A DNA stretch of 33,749 bases from positions 1-33,749 of the forward strand of contig DBVO01000022.1 in assembly GCA_002308215.1 (NCBI GenBank), written 5' to 3'. Below, in pieces: positions 31,829-33,749 of the stretch. Positions within the stretch are counted from its first letter, which is position 1; each line of letters starts with the position of its first letter. The notes below the pieces were generated by a model, which ran no database searches, was not told the DNA's origin, and saw only the letters and a list, made by a program, of their open reading frames with translations. A program made the translations under genes and the position numbers. This stretch comes from Christensenella sp. UBA1262 (GTDB lineage Bacteria; Bacillota; Clostridia; Christensenellales; CAG-917).

Positions 31829-33106
31829 TTAATCACCATAATTTCTGTCAAGAAGTGTGATACCATCGATTTCTGCATCAAAGTATGGTGCTGAACGACG
31901 AGCAAGGTCAGATTCATTGAAGAATGTAACGCTGCCAACTGTATCAATAACGTTTGTTTCGCCTACGAAATCACCATTGATATCTGCAAGATATGATGTA
32001 AGGTGTTCATTATTAACTGTGAAGTTTGCGCAATTGAAAACTTTGAGAGTGCCGAGTGCGAGTTGGTTGCGAACTTCAACAAGTTTTGCAACTGTGCCAT
32101 CTGCTGCTGCTGCACCGAGGTTTGTGAGTTTAACACCACCGTTTGCAATTGTACCGTTCCAATCTTTTGCTACTGCTTCGCCTCTGAGAACTTTAGCAAT
32201 AACATACTTGTAGTATGGAGCCCAGTCAATTCTTGAAGAAACGATAAATGTATCTGGGCAAGATTCGAATGTTGAACCATTGTAAGAAACATTTGGAACA
32301 CCTGCTTCTTCGCAAGCATTTGGAGCACCCCAAGAGTCAGCATGTTGGCTGATAAGGACGCAACCACGGTTGATCAAGTTCTTTGCTGCGTTGTTTTCTG
32401 CTGTTTCATCATACCAAGAACCTGTGAATGTAACTTCCATTGTTACAGATGGAACGATGGATTTAACACCAAGGTAGAATGATGTGTAACCAGACATAAC
32501 TTCTGCGTATGTGAATGCGCCGATGTAACCAATCTTTGGAGCATTTGTTTTGCCCATTGCTTGGAGTTTGAGACCAGCTGCAACACCTGCAAGATATCTG
32601 CCTTCATAGATTGAAGCAAATGCGTTTGCATAGTTAGGAAGGTTTACGACGTGTGCTTGTGTACCAGTTGCATGGCAGAATTGTACGTTTGGACGTGCTT
32701 GAGCTGCTCTGATCATGAATGGTTCATGTCCGAATGAATCAGCGAAAACAACTTTGCATCCTGCATCTGCAAGTTCAAGAGCTGTGTTGTAGCAAGCTTC
32801 TGCTTCATCGATACCACTTCTTACGATGACTTGGCTATCAGAAAGACCGAATTGAGCCTTAACTGATTGAAGTGCATTGATGAAGTTTGCATCATAAGTT
32901 GAGTTCTTGTCATGAAGTGTGATAAGACCTACTTTGAAGTCTGCTGGGAATTGAAGATCAGAATAATCTGGTTCGACAACATTGTAACCTGGCAATTCAA
33001 CTTCTTGTGGACCATTGTTTGCTTTCTTGTTGCAAGCAACGAGACCAACAGTAATTGCTGCGATGAGAGCGATTGCAAGTACGATTGCGATAACTTTCTT
33101 TTTCAT
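31829..33106 (-). CDS. BMP-family (PnrA/TmpC-like) ABC substrate-binding lipoprotein, probably nucleoside-binding
   Basis: Signal peptide with lipobox (AAITVGLVAC). Sequence typical of the BMP family (KVGLITLHDKNSTYDANF, IGYIGAF, ISQHADS). SD AAAGGAG. Confidence 0.85.
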   Translation of the reverse strand: MKKKVIAIVLAIALIAAITVGLVACNKKANNGPQEVELPGYNVVEPDYSDLQFPADFKVGLITLHDKNSTYDANFINALQSVKAQFGLSDSQVIVRSGIDEAEACYNTALELADAGCKVVFADSFGHEPFMIRAAQARPNVQFCHATGTQAHVVNLPNYANAFASIYEGRYLAGVAAGLKLQAMGKTNAPKIGYIGAFTYAEVMSGYTSFYLGVKSIVPSVTMEVTFTGSWYDETAENNAAKNLINRGCVLISQHADSWGAPNACEEAGVPNVSYNGSTFESCPDTFIVSSRIDWAPYYKYVIAKVLRGEAVAKDWNGTIANGGVKLTNLGAAAADGTVAKLVEVRNQLALGTLKVFNCANFTVNNEHLTSYLADINGDFVGETNVIDTVGSVTFFNESDLARRSAPYFDAEIDGITLLDRNYGD

Positions 33107-33175
33107 AGTTTCTCCTTTTAGCCCGTTTTGGGTTTAATTTTATTAGGTTTGCTTCTTTAATGTGGCGACTATCGC

Positions 33176-33748
33176 CTATTTTTTGAAAGTGAGTGATGTA
33201 TCGCTCATGCTTTCAATGACTGCGAGGCTTTCAATTCTAACACCTTCAGCGCGAAGAGCATCTCCACCGCCTTGGAAAGCCTTCTCAATTGCTATAGCAC
33301 AACCAACAAGTTCAGCTCCTGCTTGATTGATGATTGAGATAAGTCCTCTAAGTGCTTCACCATGTGCAAGGAAATCATCAACGATGAGAACCTTATCATC
33401 AGCATTCAAATATGGTTTTGAAACAATGACGTGTGCAACATTGCCATGAGTGAAAGACTTAACCTCTGCTGAATAGCAATCTGTATTAACATTTGCAGTC
33501 TTTTCTTTTTTAGCAAAAAGCACCGGTGCATGCAAATAGTGCGCAGCAGCGCAGGCTATTGCTATACCCGATGCTTCAATAGTTAATATCTTAGTTATAT
33601 GTGAGCCTGAAAAGAGCGCAGAAATTTCCTTACCAATCTCGTCAAGAAGTTCATTATCAATGAGATGATTTAGAAAACCGCCTACTTTGAGAATATTTCC
33701 TGGCAAAACTTTGCCATCTCTCAAAATACGCTCTTCCAATAATTGCAT
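33176..33748 (-). CDS. xpt: Xanthine phosphoribosyltransferase
   Basis: MQLLEERILRDGKVLPGNILKVGGFLNHLID is typical of Xpt. PRPP-binding motif VLIVDDFLAHGEA. 190 aa. The start codon lies 1 nt from the window end, so its leader is not visible. Confidence 0.9.
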   Translation of the reverse strand: MQLLEERILRDGKVLPGNILKVGGFLNHLIDNELLDEIGKEISALFSGSHITKILTIEASGIAIACAAAHYLHAPVLFAKKEKTANVNTDCYSAEVKSFTHGNVAHVIVSKPYLNADDKVLIVDDFLAHGEALRGLISIINQAGAELVGCAIAIEKAFQGGGDALRAEGVRIESLAVIESMSDTSLTFKK

Positions 33749-33749
33749 A

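Noticed and set aside
33164-33176. Hairpin ggcga-cta-tcgcc overlapping the xpt stop codon, as a possible terminator between xpt and the BMP gene.
   Set aside because: The stem is only 5 bp, and the T-run lies on the plus strand where nothing is transcribed toward it. On the coding strand no U-tract follows, so read-through of xpt into the ABC operon is more likely.
1-33749. Alternative genetic code (TGA read as Trp), considered because of the Mollicutes-like protein insertions and low GC.
   Set aside because: TGA terminates at least two genes exactly where the next gene starts (ATGA at 15153-15156, GTGA at 3325-3328). Long conserved ORFs such as polA (834 aa) are uninterrupted under the standard code.
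1-33749. Scan for CRISPR arrays, tRNA/rRNA genes, IS elements, integrases and prophage or toxin-antitoxin modules.
   Set aside because: There are no regularly spaced direct repeats and no cloverleaf-compatible GC-rich segment of 70-90 nt in any intergenic gap. No ORF shows transposase, recombinase or phage-like motifs, and every gap over 100 bp is accounted for by promoters and terminators.
33176-33749. Purine riboswitch expected upstream of xpt.
   Set aside because: The xpt start codon is 1 nt from the window end, so the leader lies outside the sequence and cannot be assessed.

Overview
AT-rich (about one-third G+C by eye), gene-dense chromosomal segment from a low-GC Gram-positive bacterium (Bacillota; Clostridia, Erysipelotrichia or Mollicutes-like). 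It uses the standard code: TGA acts as a stop, and long housekeeping ORFs are uninterrupted. I support 28 protein-coding genes, 23 of them on the minus strand. I found no rRNA, tRNA, CRISPR array, transposase or integrase. Most of the window is core metabolism and information processing. This includes polA-coaE, a pgk-tpiA-gpmI glycolytic operon, mazG-dus-trmL, a DnaD-domain/DnaI helicase-loader pair, and xpt with a BMP-type nucleoside ABC importer. Nothing matches a known defence or mobile system. The best candidates for an undescribed system are: (i) a tightly coupled operon at 10483-15995 encoding an ABC ATPase, a fused 12-TM permease and a 982-aa membrane-anchored Ig-like/beta-helix surface protein; (ii) a coupled DUF4037-type nucleotidyltransferase-like/TPR pair preceded by a polytopic M28 peptidase at 2384-5483. 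Non-coding signals worth a second look are a 360-bp intergenic region upstream of pgk, GC-rich hairpins at both intercistronic junctions of the glycolytic operon, and lineage-specific insertions or acidic tails in several conserved proteins. The pgk upstream region holds reiterated hairpin modules, a strong promoter and a structured GC-rich leader with a thrice-repeated AATTGTA half-site. All functional calls rest on motifs read from the translations and on family knowledge. No database search was run.
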